From contig JAFAYE010000001.1 of assembly GCA_019240525.1 (NCBI GenBank), positions 33,300 to 97,299 on the forward strand: a stretch of 64,000 bases of DNA, given 5' to 3'. A program made the position numbers and the translations under genes. Positions 38,727-49,493 of the stretch are shown piece by piece. Below the pieces are notes generated by a model, which saw nothing but the letters and a program-made list of their open reading frames with translations, was not told where the DNA came from and ran no database searches. The DNA is from Vulcanimicrobiota bacterium. Lineage in GTDB: Bacteria > Vulcanimicrobiota > Vulcanimicrobiia > Vulcanimicrobiales > Vulcanimicrobiaceae. The number at the start of each line of letters is the position of its first letter. Positions within the stretch are counted from its first letter, which is position 1.

Positions 38727-39640
38727 GGCACCGACTCGATAAAACGCTCCAGCGCGGAGCACGCGTCGTCCACGGCCGCGCTGAAATCCGCGTCGTAGGT
38801 AAACGCGCTACGCTCGAGCGCAATGAGGAGGGCGCGCGTTGTGGCGTCTCGAGCATCGGCCCGGCGTAACACGTCGGCGAGCGTTTCGCCCTCCGAGGCG
38901 CCGACCATTCGCCAGATGGCACCTCGTACCGCAATGGCGGCCGGTCGCGAACGCTCGGCGCGCAGTACCGTTAACGCATCGTGCGCCTGCTGACGCCGGG
39001 AACGCCGGAGCGCGGGCGCCGGCGGGGGTGCCGGCGGCACAGCCGGCGTGAGGTTGAGCGACTGAACCGCTCGGCGCCGGCGGCGGATCAGCAGCAGCAG
39101 GATCATGGCAGCGCAACCGATGCCGAGCACCCATGCCAACAGCCACGCCACGAATCGAAGGACGGCGAGCATCGCTGCAAGCAATGCGTGCCATCCCGCG
39201 TTCAAGGCGCGCGACGGCGCTCCCGTCACGTAGAGTGTCAGAGAGTTCGTGAACCACTCTTTGGCTTTGCCGTCGCGTGCGTCGATCGCTTGCAGCGTCG
39301 CCGGTGCCAATGCGATCGTGCCCGCGTCGTGCGCCACCACCGTGATGCTCTCGCGATACTGCGTTCCGCTAACTCCGGTTGTCATCTCGCGCTCGTCACC
39401 CAGTAGCTCGAGTTGCGCAAGCATCGGCAGGTTCAGATCGTCGATTCGCGATATGCGTTCGCGCACTCGCAAGGTCACGATCAGATGAAATGGGACATCG
39501 ACTCGCGGCGACGTGGTGTCGCTGCTCAAATCGAACGATCGCACGGTCAGGCGGGCGAGCGTCTGAGCGTTCGCAACGCCAGCGACGCACGCCAGAATGA
39601 AAGCCGCGGCGGCTACGCGCGTGGCAGTTCTTCGAGCCAC
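38723..39640 (-). CDS. Hypothetical membrane protein, BatD-like topology (secreted beta domain, TM helices, cytoplasmic tail)
   Basis: Signal peptide AAAAFILACVAGVANA|Q, a beta-rich domain, the hydrophobic stretch WHALLAAMLAVLRFVAWLLAWVLGIGCAAMILLLLI and a basic RRRRR stop-transfer segment. It is the first gene of the MoxR module. The GTG start overlaps the carA 3' end by 28 nt. Confidence 0.4.
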   Translation of the reverse strand: MARRTATRVAAAAFILACVAGVANAQTLARLTVRSFDLSSDTTSPRVDVPFHLIVTLRVRERISRIDDLNLPMLAQLELLGDEREMTTGVSGTQYRESITVVAHDAGTIALAPATLQAIDARDGKAKEWFTNSLTLYVTGAPSRALNAGWHALLAAMLAVLRFVAWLLAWVLGIGCAAMILLLLIRRRRRAVQSLNLTPAVPPAPPPAPALRRSRRQQAHDALTVLRAERSRPAAIAVRGAIWRMVGASEGETLADVLRRADARDATTRALLIALERSAFTYDADFSAAVDDACSALERFIESVP

Positions 39641-40695
39641 TGCGCGAAAAGCCGGCGAGCGTCGAACGGACCAGGCGACGCTTCAGGGTGAAACTGCACT
39701 CCGGCGATGGGAAGACTTCGGTGACGAAAGCCTTCATTCGTGCCGTCGTTGAGGTTGGTCATCGTCGCCTCGAGATCGTCGGGCAGCGATGTCGCATCGA
39801 CGGCATATCCATGATTGTGCGCGGTGATCAAAACCTCGCCGGCGAGCACGTCCATGACCGGCTGATTGCCGCCGCGATGACCGTACGGGAGCTTATACGT
39901 ACGCGCGCCGCATGCCAATGCGAGCAACTGATGGCCTAAACAGATGCCGTAAAGCGGTTTTCGCCCGAGCAGGGCGCGCAGGAGACCGATTGTCGCCCGA
40001 AGATCGGTCGGATCGCCCGGGCCGGGCGAGACAAAAATAGCCGCCGGGTCGCCGGCTAGCACTTGCGCCTCGGTCGCGTCGTACGGAAGCACTTGAACTC
40101 GTGCGCCCAGCGCTTCGAGGTGACGAAGAATCGCGCGTTTTACGCCGCAGTCGATCAACGCGACTCGAGTTCCATCTTCGCTACCCACGGTAAACCGCTC
40201 ACGCGTCGCGACGCTCGGAACTAGCTCCGTCGTGCTCGCCGTGCGGACAAACTCGCTGAGGCGGCACTCCGCCTCGTCCACCGCGGCATCGCCAACGGCA
40301 AGCGCCGCCCAGATCGTTCCGTGTTCGCGCAACGAGATCGTAATGGCGCGCGTGTCCGCACCAATTAGCGCTGGAATGTTCTGTACGTCGAGCCACCTCG
40401 GCAAGGTCATTTTCGAAAGATGGTGCGACGGGTGGTAGGCGATCTGTTTGATGACGGTGGCGGCTACGCACGCGCGACGATATTGCGCTGCACTGCCGGA
40501 GATTCCATAGTTACCAACCATGGGATACGTGAAAGTAAGAATTTGCCCCGCATACGATGGGTCGGTCAGTGCCTCTTCGTAGCCGGTCATTCCGGTATAA
40601 AAAACCGCTTCGCCCAGCGCGATGCCTTCGAACTCCAACCCGTGCCCATCGAAGCGGCTACCGTCGGCGAGAAAGAGCGCGGCGCGTTTTGCCAC
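39613..40695 (-). CDS. carA: Carbamoyl-phosphate synthase small (glutaminase) subunit
   Basis: The GTG at 40695 gives a 360-aa product: VAKRAALFLADGSRFDGHGL...FYTGMTGYEEALTDPSYAGQILTFTYPMVGNYG. Carries the catalytic GICLGHQLL motif. The start shares one base with the pyrC TAG (TAGTG). Confidence 0.93.
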   Translation of the reverse strand: MAKRAALFLADGSRFDGHGLEFEGIALGEAVFYTGMTGYEEALTDPSYAGQILTFTYPMVGNYGISGSAAQYRRACVAATVIKQIAYHPSHHLSKMTLPRWLDVQNIPALIGADTRAITISLREHGTIWAALAVGDAAVDEAECRLSEFVRTASTTELVPSVATRERFTVGSEDGTRVALIDCGVKRAILRHLEALGARVQVLPYDATEAQVLAGDPAAIFVSPGPGDPTDLRATIGLLRALLGRKPLYGICLGHQLLALACGARTYKLPYGHRGGNQPVMDVLAGEVLITAHNHGYAVDATSLPDDLEATMTNLNDGTNEGFRHRSLPIAGVQFHPEASPGPFDARRLFAQWLEELPRA

Positions 40696-41897
40696 TATGC
40701 CGCCAAATCGTCGGTGCGGTACTGCGCCAAGCCCTCGACAATCGTCGCTAAGACTTTGCGGGGCAATCGGCGCCCCGCAAACGGCGTGCATTTTCCCATC
40801 GAGGCGAAACGAGTCGGATCGACGGTCCATTCGCGATCGGCGAAAATGGTGATGTCGGCAAGCTCCCCCGTAGCCAAGCTGCCGCCGCGAATGCCGAGAA
40901 TGCGCGCCGGATTGGTCGAAAGCATTTCGACGAACCGCGTCAGCGGCAGATCCGGCAATGCGGCCGCATAGGCCCCCACTGCGACTTCCAATCCAGAAAA
41001 GCCAGGCGCCGCGTCGCACACGCTGCGATCTTTCTCTTCGGCCGTGTGTGGTGCGTGGTCACTGGCGAAAGCGTCGATCGTTCCATCGCGTACGGCCCGT
41101 CGCAATGCGGCGACGTCGTCCTCGCTGCGCAAGGGCGGATTCACCCGCGCGGCGCCTCCGAGCTCACCTAGCAGATCGCGGGTGAAGTGCAGATGGTGCG
41201 GTGTCACCTCGCAGGTAACTTCCACCTCGCGCGAGCGGGCTTGGCGAATGAGCTCGAGTGCGGCGGCCGTCGAAACGTGCGCGACGTGCCAGGTTTTACC
41301 GCTTTGCCCGGCGATTTGAAGGTCGCGCGCCACGATCGACTCCTCGGGCTCGCAATGCGAAATGAAGGCTCCGGCGATATCGCGCGCGAGCAGCGCGGCC
41401 TCGCGCATCACCGCCGCGTTCTCGACGGTATCGCCGTCGTCGGAAAAGGCGACCGCGCCCACCTTCGCCAGCGAGGCGAAGTCGCATGGCGTGAAACCTT
41501 CGCGCCCCAGGGTCATCGCGGCAATCGGATGGACGCGGCAGGTCGCCTCCCGGGCGACGCGCTGCATCAAAGCGTTGATGACGCTGGGATCGTCGAGCGC
41601 GGGGTTCGTATTCGGCATGCAGGCGACAGCGGTGAAGCCGCCGCGAACAGCCGCTTGCGTTCCGCTCTCGATCGTCTCCTTTTGCGAATATCCCGGTTGG
41701 CGCAGGTGCACGTGCATGTCGATGAAGCCCGGTGCGACAATCGCGTTGGGCACGTCCAAAACATCCTCGTCGGCTGCGGCTTTCAAGTGTGCGCCGATCT
41801 CGGCGATTCGCCCGTCGCGCACTCGGAGATCGCGCAGCGAATCTAGGGAAGACGCTGGATCGACGACCCTTCCCCCTCGAATCAATAACGGCTTCAC
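40695..41897 (-). CDS. pyrC: Dihydroorotase
   Basis: The GTG at 41897 overlaps the pyrB stop (GTGA) and gives a 400-aa product. Starts VKPLLIRGGRVVDPAS, with the metal-binding motifs FIDMHVHLRQPG and DHAPH. Confidence 0.9.
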   Translation of the reverse strand: MKPLLIRGGRVVDPASSLDSLRDLRVRDGRIAEIGAHLKAAADEDVLDVPNAIVAPGFIDMHVHLRQPGYSQKETIESGTQAAVRGGFTAVACMPNTNPALDDPSVINALMQRVAREATCRVHPIAAMTLGREGFTPCDFASLAKVGAVAFSDDGDTVENAAVMREAALLARDIAGAFISHCEPEESIVARDLQIAGQSGKTWHVAHVSTAAALELIRQARSREVEVTCEVTPHHLHFTRDLLGELGGAARVNPPLRSEDDVAALRRAVRDGTIDAFASDHAPHTAEEKDRSVCDAAPGFSGLEVAVGAYAAALPDLPLTRFVEMLSTNPARILGIRGGSLATGELADITIFADREWTVDPTRFASMGKCTPFAGRRLPRKVLATIVEGLAQYRTDDLAA

Positions 41898-42823
41898 CGG
41901 GCGTTGACGAGGAGGTCGAGGACGGCCATGCGCACCGCAACGCCGTGCAGCACTTGGCGAGCATAGCGCCATCCCGCGAACTCGAGCACCGAATCGTCGA
42001 GCTCGACCCCTCGATTGTAGGGCCCTGGATGCATGACGATCGCCTCGTTTTGCACGAGCGCCAAACGCCGGTGGTCGAGGCGATATTGTTCGATATACTC
42101 CCGATCGGAGATCGGAATTTCGACGAAGCGCTCGCGCTGAATTCGCAGCAGTACGATCGCGTCGGCGCGCGGCAAGACGGCGTCGAAATCGCGCTCGACG
42201 GTGACGTGCTCGCTGGCGTAGCTGCTGGGAAGAAATGATTCCGGCCCAACCAGCACGACCGACGCGCCAAGGCGCGCGAGTCCCCGGATCGTCGAATGCG
42301 CGACCCGGCTGTGAAGAATGTCGCCGACGATCGCGATGGTGCGGCCCGACAGGTCGCCGAACTCCTCGATCATCGTATAGATGTCGAGCAGCGCCTGCGT
42401 CGGATGCGCGTGAATGCCGTCCCCGGCATTGACAACGTGTCCGTCGAATGCAAGGCCGATCCGCTGGGGAAAGCCGGCTTCGTGATGACGAACCACGAGC
42501 ACGCTAATTCCAAGCGCTCCCAAGGTTAGCGCAGTATCTTCCAAGGTCTCGCCTTTGGTGGCGAGGCTGAGATTTTTCGGCGTCAGGTTCACGACGTCGG
42601 CACCCAGCCGCAATTCGGCGAGGTGGAACGAGGTGAACGTTCGCGTGCTCTCTTCGAAGAACATATTGACGCAGGCTTTGCCGGAGAGCAGCGGACCCGG
42701 GGCGGAGCGCTCGAACTCGGCGGTGCGCTCGAACACGTAGGAAAGCTCCTCGGGCGCGAGATCGTCGAGGTCGATCAGGCTACGGCGTATCCGCACGGGC
42801 ACTTTCAGAAATGGTGATCTCAT
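41894..42823 (-). CDS. pyrB: Aspartate carbamoyltransferase catalytic subunit
   Basis: Motifs ESTRTFTSF, HPTQALLD and MHPGPYNRGVEL. The ATG at 42823 overlaps pyrR by 44 nt. GTGs at 42802 and 42796 are alternative starts. Confidence 0.93.
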   Translation of the reverse strand: MRSPFLKVPVRIRRSLIDLDDLAPEELSYVFERTAEFERSAPGPLLSGKACVNMFFEESTRTFTSFHLAELRLGADVVNLTPKNLSLATKGETLEDTALTLGALGISVLVVRHHEAGFPQRIGLAFDGHVVNAGDGIHAHPTQALLDIYTMIEEFGDLSGRTIAIVGDILHSRVAHSTIRGLARLGASVVLVGPESFLPSSYASEHVTVERDFDAVLPRADAIVLLRIQRERFVEIPISDREYIEQYRLDHRRLALVQNEAIVMHPGPYNRGVELDDSVLEFAGWRYARQVLHGVAVRMAVLDLLVNAR

Positions 42824-43334
42824 CGGCGGGGGCGGCCTTCGGCGACAGCGTGACTTTCACGCGTTCGCTCGCCGTCGTGGGCGTAAATCGGCCGACGAAG
42901 TCGGGCTGTATCGGAAGTTCGCGCAAGCCTCGATCGACGAGTACGCAGAGCCGAATGGCCGCGGGGCGTCCGAGATCCGTCACGGCATCCAATGCCGAGC
43001 GTATCGTACGACCGGTGTAGAGGACGTCGTCGACGATGACGATGACCCGGTTGGAGATGTCTCCGGGGATCTGCGACTCAGGCAGTTCGTGGCTCACGCG
43101 GTCGTCGCGATACAAGTTGATGTTCAGAAAGCCCAGGGCCGGCGCGCGCCCGCTGATACGCTCGATCTCAGCGGCAAGCCGCGTTGCAAGCGCTTCACCC
43201 CCGCGCCTCACGCCGAGCAAGACGAGGCCTTGTTCGGCTTCGCAGGGTTCCAGGATTTGATGAGCGAGCCGAGCGACGATGCGCTCGACCTCGGCACTGC
43301 GAACGATCACTCGGCCGACGGTAGCGCCGGTCAC
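42780..43334 (-). CDS. pyrR: Bifunctional pyrimidine operon regulator / uracil phosphoribosyltransferase PyrR
   Basis: Carries LVLLGVRRGGEALATRLA and the PRPP motif VIVIVDDVLYTGRTIRSAL. The GTG start overlaps the valS stop (GTGA at 43331-43334). Confidence 0.9.
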   Translation of the reverse strand: MTGATVGRVIVRSAEVERIVARLAHQILEPCEAEQGLVLLGVRRGGEALATRLAAEIERISGRAPALGFLNINLYRDDRVSHELPESQIPGDISNRVIVIVDDVLYTGRTIRSALDAVTDLGRPAAIRLCVLVDRGLRELPIQPDFVGRFTPTTASERVKVTLSPKAAPADEITISESARADTP

Positions 43335-45952
43335 GCACTCTCCTTCAGCTCGGCAAGGGCGGTTTCGACGCGCGCGAGGTCGCTGCGGTAATTTTCCAGT
43401 TTTTCGCGTTCGCGAGAAACGACGGTCGGCTCCGCTTTCGCCACAAAGGCCTCATTGCTCAACTTCTTCTCGCCTCGTTCGATTTCGAAACGGAGCTGCT
43501 GCAGCTCTTTTCGATAGCGCTCGAGCAGCAGATCGTGTGGCGCGCGAATGCGAATCGCGGCAAGAGCGTCATCGACGTCCGAGCCGACGGCGGCAGACCG
43601 TTCGACCGAGGCCCCGGCGAAGAGAGCGAAGAGCTCGGTCATTGGGCTGGGAACGTTTGCGGGCAATTCGATGACGACGCGATCGCGCGGGCTCAATCCG
43701 ATCTCCGCGCGCATGGTGCGGATGCGCTCGACCGAGCGCTGGAAGAGCGCGAAGATGCGTGCGTCCGTATCGAATGCCGGGACCTCGAGAGCATCGGGCC
43801 AGTTCGCCGTCACAATGGTTTCACCGTCGTGCGGCAACGCAAGCCAAACTTCCTCGGTGATAAAGGGCGCCATCGGGTGAAGCAACCGCATCGCAGCATT
43901 CCAAACATAGGAGAGCACGGGCGCGCGAGTCCCGCGGTTGGCCTCGGCTTTGGTCGCTTCCAGATACCAATCGCAGAACTCGTACCACACAAAGCGCCAA
44001 AGCGTTTCAGCCGCGTTGCCAAGATCGTATTCGCGCAGAAGGTCGCCGATTCGCGAGATAGTTTCGTGCAATCGCGTGAGAATCCAGCGGTCGGCAAGAG
44101 TCAGTTGTGCCTTCGGGGGCAGCATCATCGCCGGCGGCAAACCCTCGGGCAACGCCAGGATGTAACGCGTGGCATTCCAGATCTTGTTGTTGAAGTTGCG
44201 CGCCTCTTCGCAACGCGACTCTTGATAGCGCAGTTCTTGGCTATCGAGACGCATTTGGCGAAGAATCGAGAAGCGAAGCGCATCGGCACCGTATTTGTCT
44301 GCGAGCACGATCGGATCGATCACATTGCCGAGTGATTTCGACATCTTCCGGCCGGCGGAATCAAAGAGCAGCGGCGTGATGACGACGTCGCGAAACGGGA
44401 TCTCGTCCATGAAATGAATGCCGAGCATCACCATCCTCGCCACCCAGAGAAAGATGATCTCACCGGCGGTCACCATTGTTTGGGAAGGGTACCAACGACG
44501 TAGTTCGTTCGTCTGTGCCGGCCATCCCAGAATGGAGAACGGCCATAAGCCGCTGGAGAACCAGGTATCGAGGGTGTCCGGATCGCGCGTAATCGCGCGC
44601 GTGCCGTGGATTCGCTCGGCGATCTCGAGCGCCGCTTCCTCGTTCTCCGCGATGATCTCAGCGCCGTTAGGCGCGTACCAGACGGGTAGTTGGTGGCCCC
44701 ACCAAATCTGTCGCGAAACGTTCCAATCGCGAATGTTTTCGAGCCATTGCTCGTACGTGCGGCCATAGCGTTCGGGCACGAAGCGAATCTTGCCGCTTCG
44801 ATACGCTTGTAGGGCAGGAGCCGCCAGTGGTCGAGCTTTGACGAACCATTGCAGCGAAAGGAGCGGTTCCACGATGTCCCCGCTGCGCTCGCTCGTTGCG
44901 ACCGAATGACGGTGCGGCCGAGCCTCGACGAGCGATCCGAGCTCGCGAAGAGCCTCGACGATTTGCAATCGCGCCTCAAATCGGTCCATCCCGGCATAGC
45001 GCCCCACGCTGACCTCGCTGCCGGTGATGCGCGCGTCGAGTCCAATCACCGATGGCATCGCAAGCTCGTGACGGATTCCGATCTCGTAATCCGCCGGATC
45101 GTGAGCCGGCGTCACCTTGACCGCACCGGTTCCGAACTCCGGATCGACGGCCTCGTCGGCGATAATTGGAATCTCCCGATCCAGCAGCGGCGGAATGAAG
45201 ACGCGGCGCCCAATGAGGGCCGTGTATCGCGGATCGTTTGGATGGACCGCGATCGCGACGTCGCCCAGCAAGGTTTCCGGTCGGGTCGTGGCGATCTCGA
45301 TGCCCGAACTGAGGTCGTCGGGTGAAAACGGATAGCGGATATGCCAGAGCGTCCCGTCGCGCTCCACGTACTCGAGCTCGGCGTCGGAAACGGTCGATTT
45401 GGCCGTGGGATCCCAGTTGATCAGGCGCGTGCCGCGATAGATCAACCCCTCGCGATACAACTGCACGAAAACACGATTGACGGCTGCGGAGAGGCCTTCG
45501 TCCATCGTGAATCGCAAGCGGGCCCAGTCCGGCCCGAACCCGAGCCGGCGGAACTGCTCGTTGATCGCGCCACCGTACGTTCTTGACCACTCCCAAGCGC
45601 GTTCGACGAATCGTTCGCGCCCGAGATCTTCGCGGCGTACGCCGTTGCGAGCGAGCTCTCGCACGAGCACCGCTTCGGTAGCAATGGCGGCGTGATCGAC
45701 ACCGGGAAGCCAGTCGGCGTTTTCGCCGAGCATGCGATGGAAGCGCGTGAGAACGTCCATCGCCGTAAAGGTGGATGCATGGCCCAAATGCGCACGACCC
45801 GTAACGTTGGGCGGCGGCATGCAGATGATAAACGGCGGCCGCGCCGGGTCGGGCTCCTCGTGAAAGTACCCTTTACTCTCCCAAAGCGCGTAGAGACGCG
45901 GTTCCACCGTCTTCGGATCGTAGTGTTTTGGCAGCTCCATGCGCTCAGACAT
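43331..45952 (-). CDS. valS: Valine--tRNA ligase
   Basis: 873 aa. HIGH motif (PPNVTGRAHLGHA), KMSKS motif (RKMSKSLGN) and a C-terminal coiled coil. Confidence 0.98.
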   Translation of the reverse strand: MSERMELPKHYDPKTVEPRLYALWESKGYFHEEPDPARPPFIICMPPPNVTGRAHLGHASTFTAMDVLTRFHRMLGENADWLPGVDHAAIATEAVLVRELARNGVRREDLGRERFVERAWEWSRTYGGAINEQFRRLGFGPDWARLRFTMDEGLSAAVNRVFVQLYREGLIYRGTRLINWDPTAKSTVSDAELEYVERDGTLWHIRYPFSPDDLSSGIEIATTRPETLLGDVAIAVHPNDPRYTALIGRRVFIPPLLDREIPIIADEAVDPEFGTGAVKVTPAHDPADYEIGIRHELAMPSVIGLDARITGSEVSVGRYAGMDRFEARLQIVEALRELGSLVEARPHRHSVATSERSGDIVEPLLSLQWFVKARPLAAPALQAYRSGKIRFVPERYGRTYEQWLENIRDWNVSRQIWWGHQLPVWYAPNGAEIIAENEEAALEIAERIHGTRAITRDPDTLDTWFSSGLWPFSILGWPAQTNELRRWYPSQTMVTAGEIIFLWVARMVMLGIHFMDEIPFRDVVITPLLFDSAGRKMSKSLGNVIDPIVLADKYGADALRFSILRQMRLDSQELRYQESRCEEARNFNNKIWNATRYILALPEGLPPAMMLPPKAQLTLADRWILTRLHETISRIGDLLREYDLGNAAETLWRFVWYEFCDWYLEATKAEANRGTRAPVLSYVWNAAMRLLHPMAPFITEEVWLALPHDGETIVTANWPDALEVPAFDTDARIFALFQRSVERIRTMRAEIGLSPRDRVVIELPANVPSPMTELFALFAGASVERSAAVGSDVDDALAAIRIRAPHDLLLERYRKELQQLRFEIERGEKKLSNEAFVAKAEPTVVSREREKLENYRSDLARVETALAELKESA

Positions 45953-45984
45953 ACGTAGGCCTCATCTTTGGCTCAAATCTAGGA

Positions 45985-46025
45985 GGCGAAAGCCGAAGTT
46001 TGCTATGGCAATCGAGGCTTTCGCC
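45985..46025 (-). terminator. 10-bp inverted repeat between clpX and valS (possible terminator or processing hairpin)
   Basis: GGCGAAAGCC-N21-GGCTTTCGCC, located 28 nt downstream of the clpX stop. The loop is long and there is no strong U-tract. Confidence 0.25.
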
Positions 46026-46052
46026 GACAACGAGTTGAGGCAAAGAGGGGTC

Positions 46053-47312
<1,260 letters not shown>

Positions 47313-47333
47313 CGCGCGCCGAACTTCCCTCCG

Positions 47334-47942
47334 CTATGCCGGTGACGGCAAGCCTTGACGATTTTCGATAATCAGGTCGATTATCCCGTACTCCTTGGCC
47401 TCTTTGGCGGTCATATAGTAATCGCGCTCGATATCCCGCAGAATCTGATCGAGGGGCCGGCGCGTGGTCTCTTCGTAGATCCGTGCGACCGTCTGGCGGG
47501 TGGCCAGGAGGTCCCGTGCGGCGATCTCGACGTCCGTCGCTTGACCCCCGATCTGCGATACCCAGGGCTGATGAATGACGATCTTCGAATTGGGGAGGGC
47601 CATGCGTTTTCCGGGTGCGCCGCCCGTCAAAAGAATCGAACCCATCGAAGCCGCGAAGCCCATGCAAATCGTGGCGACGTCGGGCTTGATGAAGCGCATT
47701 GCATCGTACATCGCCAATCCCGCGGTGACGCTGCCGCCCGGACTATTGAGGTACATGTCGATGTCCTTTTCAGGGTCTTCTCGCTCCAGAAAGAGCAACT
47801 GGGCGATCACGAGATTCGCGAGGTGGTCGTCGATCGGACCACCGACGAAGACGATGCGGTCTTTGAGGAGGCGCGAGTAAATGTCGTACGCGCGTTCTCC
47901 GCGCGCGGTCTGCTCGACCACCATCGGCACTAAATGTCCCAT
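47334..47942 (-). CDS. clpP: ATP-dependent Clp protease proteolytic subunit
   Basis: Carries [24 protein letters not shown] and the catalytic-Ser context GFAASMGS. 202 aa. Confidence 0.98.
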   Translation of the reverse strand: MGHLVPMVVEQTARGERAYDIYSRLLKDRIVFVGGPIDDHLANLVIAQLLFLEREDPEKDIDMYLNSPGGSVTAGLAMYDAMRFIKPDVATICMGFAASMGSILLTGGAPGKRMALPNSKIVIHQPWVSQIGGQATDVEIAARDLLATRQTVARIYEETTRRPLDQILRDIERDYYMTAKEAKEYGIIDLIIENRQGLPSPA

Positions 47943-47954
47943 GTTCTCTTCTAA

Positions 47955-49235
47955 CTACGACGGCCGGTAGAGAGTTTCTTCGTCCACGGTGACGACGGCA
48001 TTGTCGATCAGCAAGTCGAGCGTCTTATTGCGAACGATTCCGTCCATGAGCGCGAGCAGATTATTGCCCAGCGCCTTGCGGAGTCGGGCGACCGGCTGTC
48101 CGTAGCGTCGCGACAAAACCTCCAGTTCGGCGGCAAGGTCTGCGGGCGTCGCGGTGATGTTTTCAGCCTTCGCGATTGCTTGAATCAGCAGCGACGCCTT
48201 CACGCGCGATTCGGCCTCCTTACGATGAGCCTCCCGCAGTTCGGCTTCATCGGTTACCTCCGACGTTGACGCAGCCCGAACTTCCTCGACGATCGCATTG
48301 AGCTCGTTTTCAACGAGCGACGCCGGCAAGGGAAAGTCGTGTGTCGTCAAGAGCTGCCCAACGATGGCGTTGCCCGTCGCGCGACGGGCGCGTCCGGCGG
48401 CGACGGCTTCGAGGCGCCTGCGTACATCGCTACGAAGCTCCGCGATGGTCTCGCTCTGAGAGATTGCCTTCGCGAAATCGTCGTCGAGCGGGGGCAGCTC
48501 CATCTCTTTGACATCGTGGAGTTTCACGGTGAAATCTGCCGTTTTCCCAGCCAAGTTTGCCACTGGGTAATCCTCGGGGAAATGGGCTTGAAACTGCTTG
48601 GTCTGACCTGCAGGCATTCCCGCTATTCCGGTAACGAAACCGGGCACGAAACGCCCTTCAATCAATTCAATCACCTGATTCTCGCCGCTGCCGCCTTCAA
48701 ACGCCGTGCCGTCCAACGAGCCTTCGTAGTCGATTGTCACGATGTCGCCCAATTGGGCGGGCCGGTTCACCGGGACGAGGGTCGCGCGCTCTTTCGCCAA
48801 TGCCTCGAGGCTATGCTCGACCTCGGGTTCGGTTACGCCATACGGTGGGCGCGAAACGACGATTCCGCGATAGGTGCCAAGTTCGATCCGCGGCCTGACT
48901 TCGACAGTCGCCTTTAGCCGGGCGGGGCGGCCGCCGGCCTCTTCGACGATCTCGAACTGCGGCCGCTCGACGGGCTCCAAATCGTGCTCGCGCACCGCCT
49001 TTGCATAGATCTCCGGCAGCACTTCCTCGACCGCCTCGCTCGTGATCGCCTCGCGCCCGTAGGTTTGATCGAATATCCTGCGAGGCACTTTGCCCTTGCG
49101 AAACCCTGGCAGCCGCACGTTCTTGACGAGCCGGCGGAATACACGATCTTCGGCCGCGGCAAGTTCCGATTCCGAGACCGAAAACTCGAGCGCGACGATG
49201 GTGGGTGCGATCGTTGTTATTGTAGAGGTAGTCAT
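47955..49235 (-). CDS. tig: Trigger factor
   Basis: 426 aa. GFRKGKVPRRIF ribosome-binding signature, an FKBP-type middle domain, and a position upstream of clpP. Confidence 0.95.
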   Translation of the reverse strand: MTTSTITTIAPTIVALEFSVSESELAAAEDRVFRRLVKNVRLPGFRKGKVPRRIFDQTYGREAITSEAVEEVLPEIYAKAVREHDLEPVERPQFEIVEEAGGRPARLKATVEVRPRIELGTYRGIVVSRPPYGVTEPEVEHSLEALAKERATLVPVNRPAQLGDIVTIDYEGSLDGTAFEGGSGENQVIELIEGRFVPGFVTGIAGMPAGQTKQFQAHFPEDYPVANLAGKTADFTVKLHDVKEMELPPLDDDFAKAISQSETIAELRSDVRRRLEAVAAGRARRATGNAIVGQLLTTHDFPLPASLVENELNAIVEEVRAASTSEVTDEAELREAHRKEAESRVKASLLIQAIAKAENITATPADLAAELEVLSRRYGQPVARLRKALGNNLLALMDGIVRNKTLDLLIDNAVVTVDEETLYRPS

Positions 49236-49245
49236 AAGAAGAATC

Positions 49246-49317
49246 AGCGGAAGACGAGATTCGAACTCGCGACCCTCGCCTTGGCAAGGCGATGCTCTAC
49301 CACTGAGCTACTTCCGC
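49246..49317 (-). tRNA. tRNA-Gly (anticodon GCC)
   Basis: The reverse complement GCGGAAGTAGCTCAGTGGTAGAGCATCGCCTTGCCAAGGCGAGGGTCGCGAGTTCGAATCTCGTCTTCCGCT folds as a cloverleaf. Anticodon loop TTGCCAA. Confidence 0.95.
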
Positions 49318-49342
49318 ACGATGCCCCCGGTCGGCAAGCGTT

Positions 49343-49424
49343 TGGGCAAGCAGAGATTTGAACTCTGACGGGTTGCCCCACTGGATTCTAAGTCCAGCGC
49401 GTCTGCCAGTTCCGCCACTTGCCC
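49343..49424 (-). tRNA. tRNA-Leu (anticodon UAG), long variable arm
   Basis: The reverse complement is GGGCAAGTGGCGGAACTGGCAGACGCGCTGGACTTAGAATCCAGTGGGGCAACCCGTCAGAGTTCAAATCTCTGCTTGCCCA. Anticodon loop CTTAGAA. Confidence 0.93.
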
Positions 49425-49493
49425 GGCGACCCCCATAGATAGGCCGCACCAGGTGCTTTTCCTCTGTGGCGGGCCCTACGCACGGCGGGGGCG

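Noticed and set aside
37551-38798. A 415-aa plus-strand ORF. Similar long ORFs occur at 59972..61471 (499 aa), 30242..31474 (410 aa), 33684..34673, 18033..18956, 8292..9494, 62943..63644 and 41296..42270.
   Set aside because: Each lies antisense to, or out of frame within, a gene with unmistakable family motifs (moxR, hppD, pbpA, carB, glmS, arsB-like, icd, pyrC/pyrB). Their products are Arg/Ala/Gly/Pro-rich low-complexity sequences, typical of shadow ORFs in high-GC DNA.
45953-46052. A T-box leader upstream of valS.
   Set aside because: The gap is only 100 nt and contains a single long-loop hairpin. I saw no specifier-loop or T-box sequence (AATTAGGGTGGTACCGCG-like).
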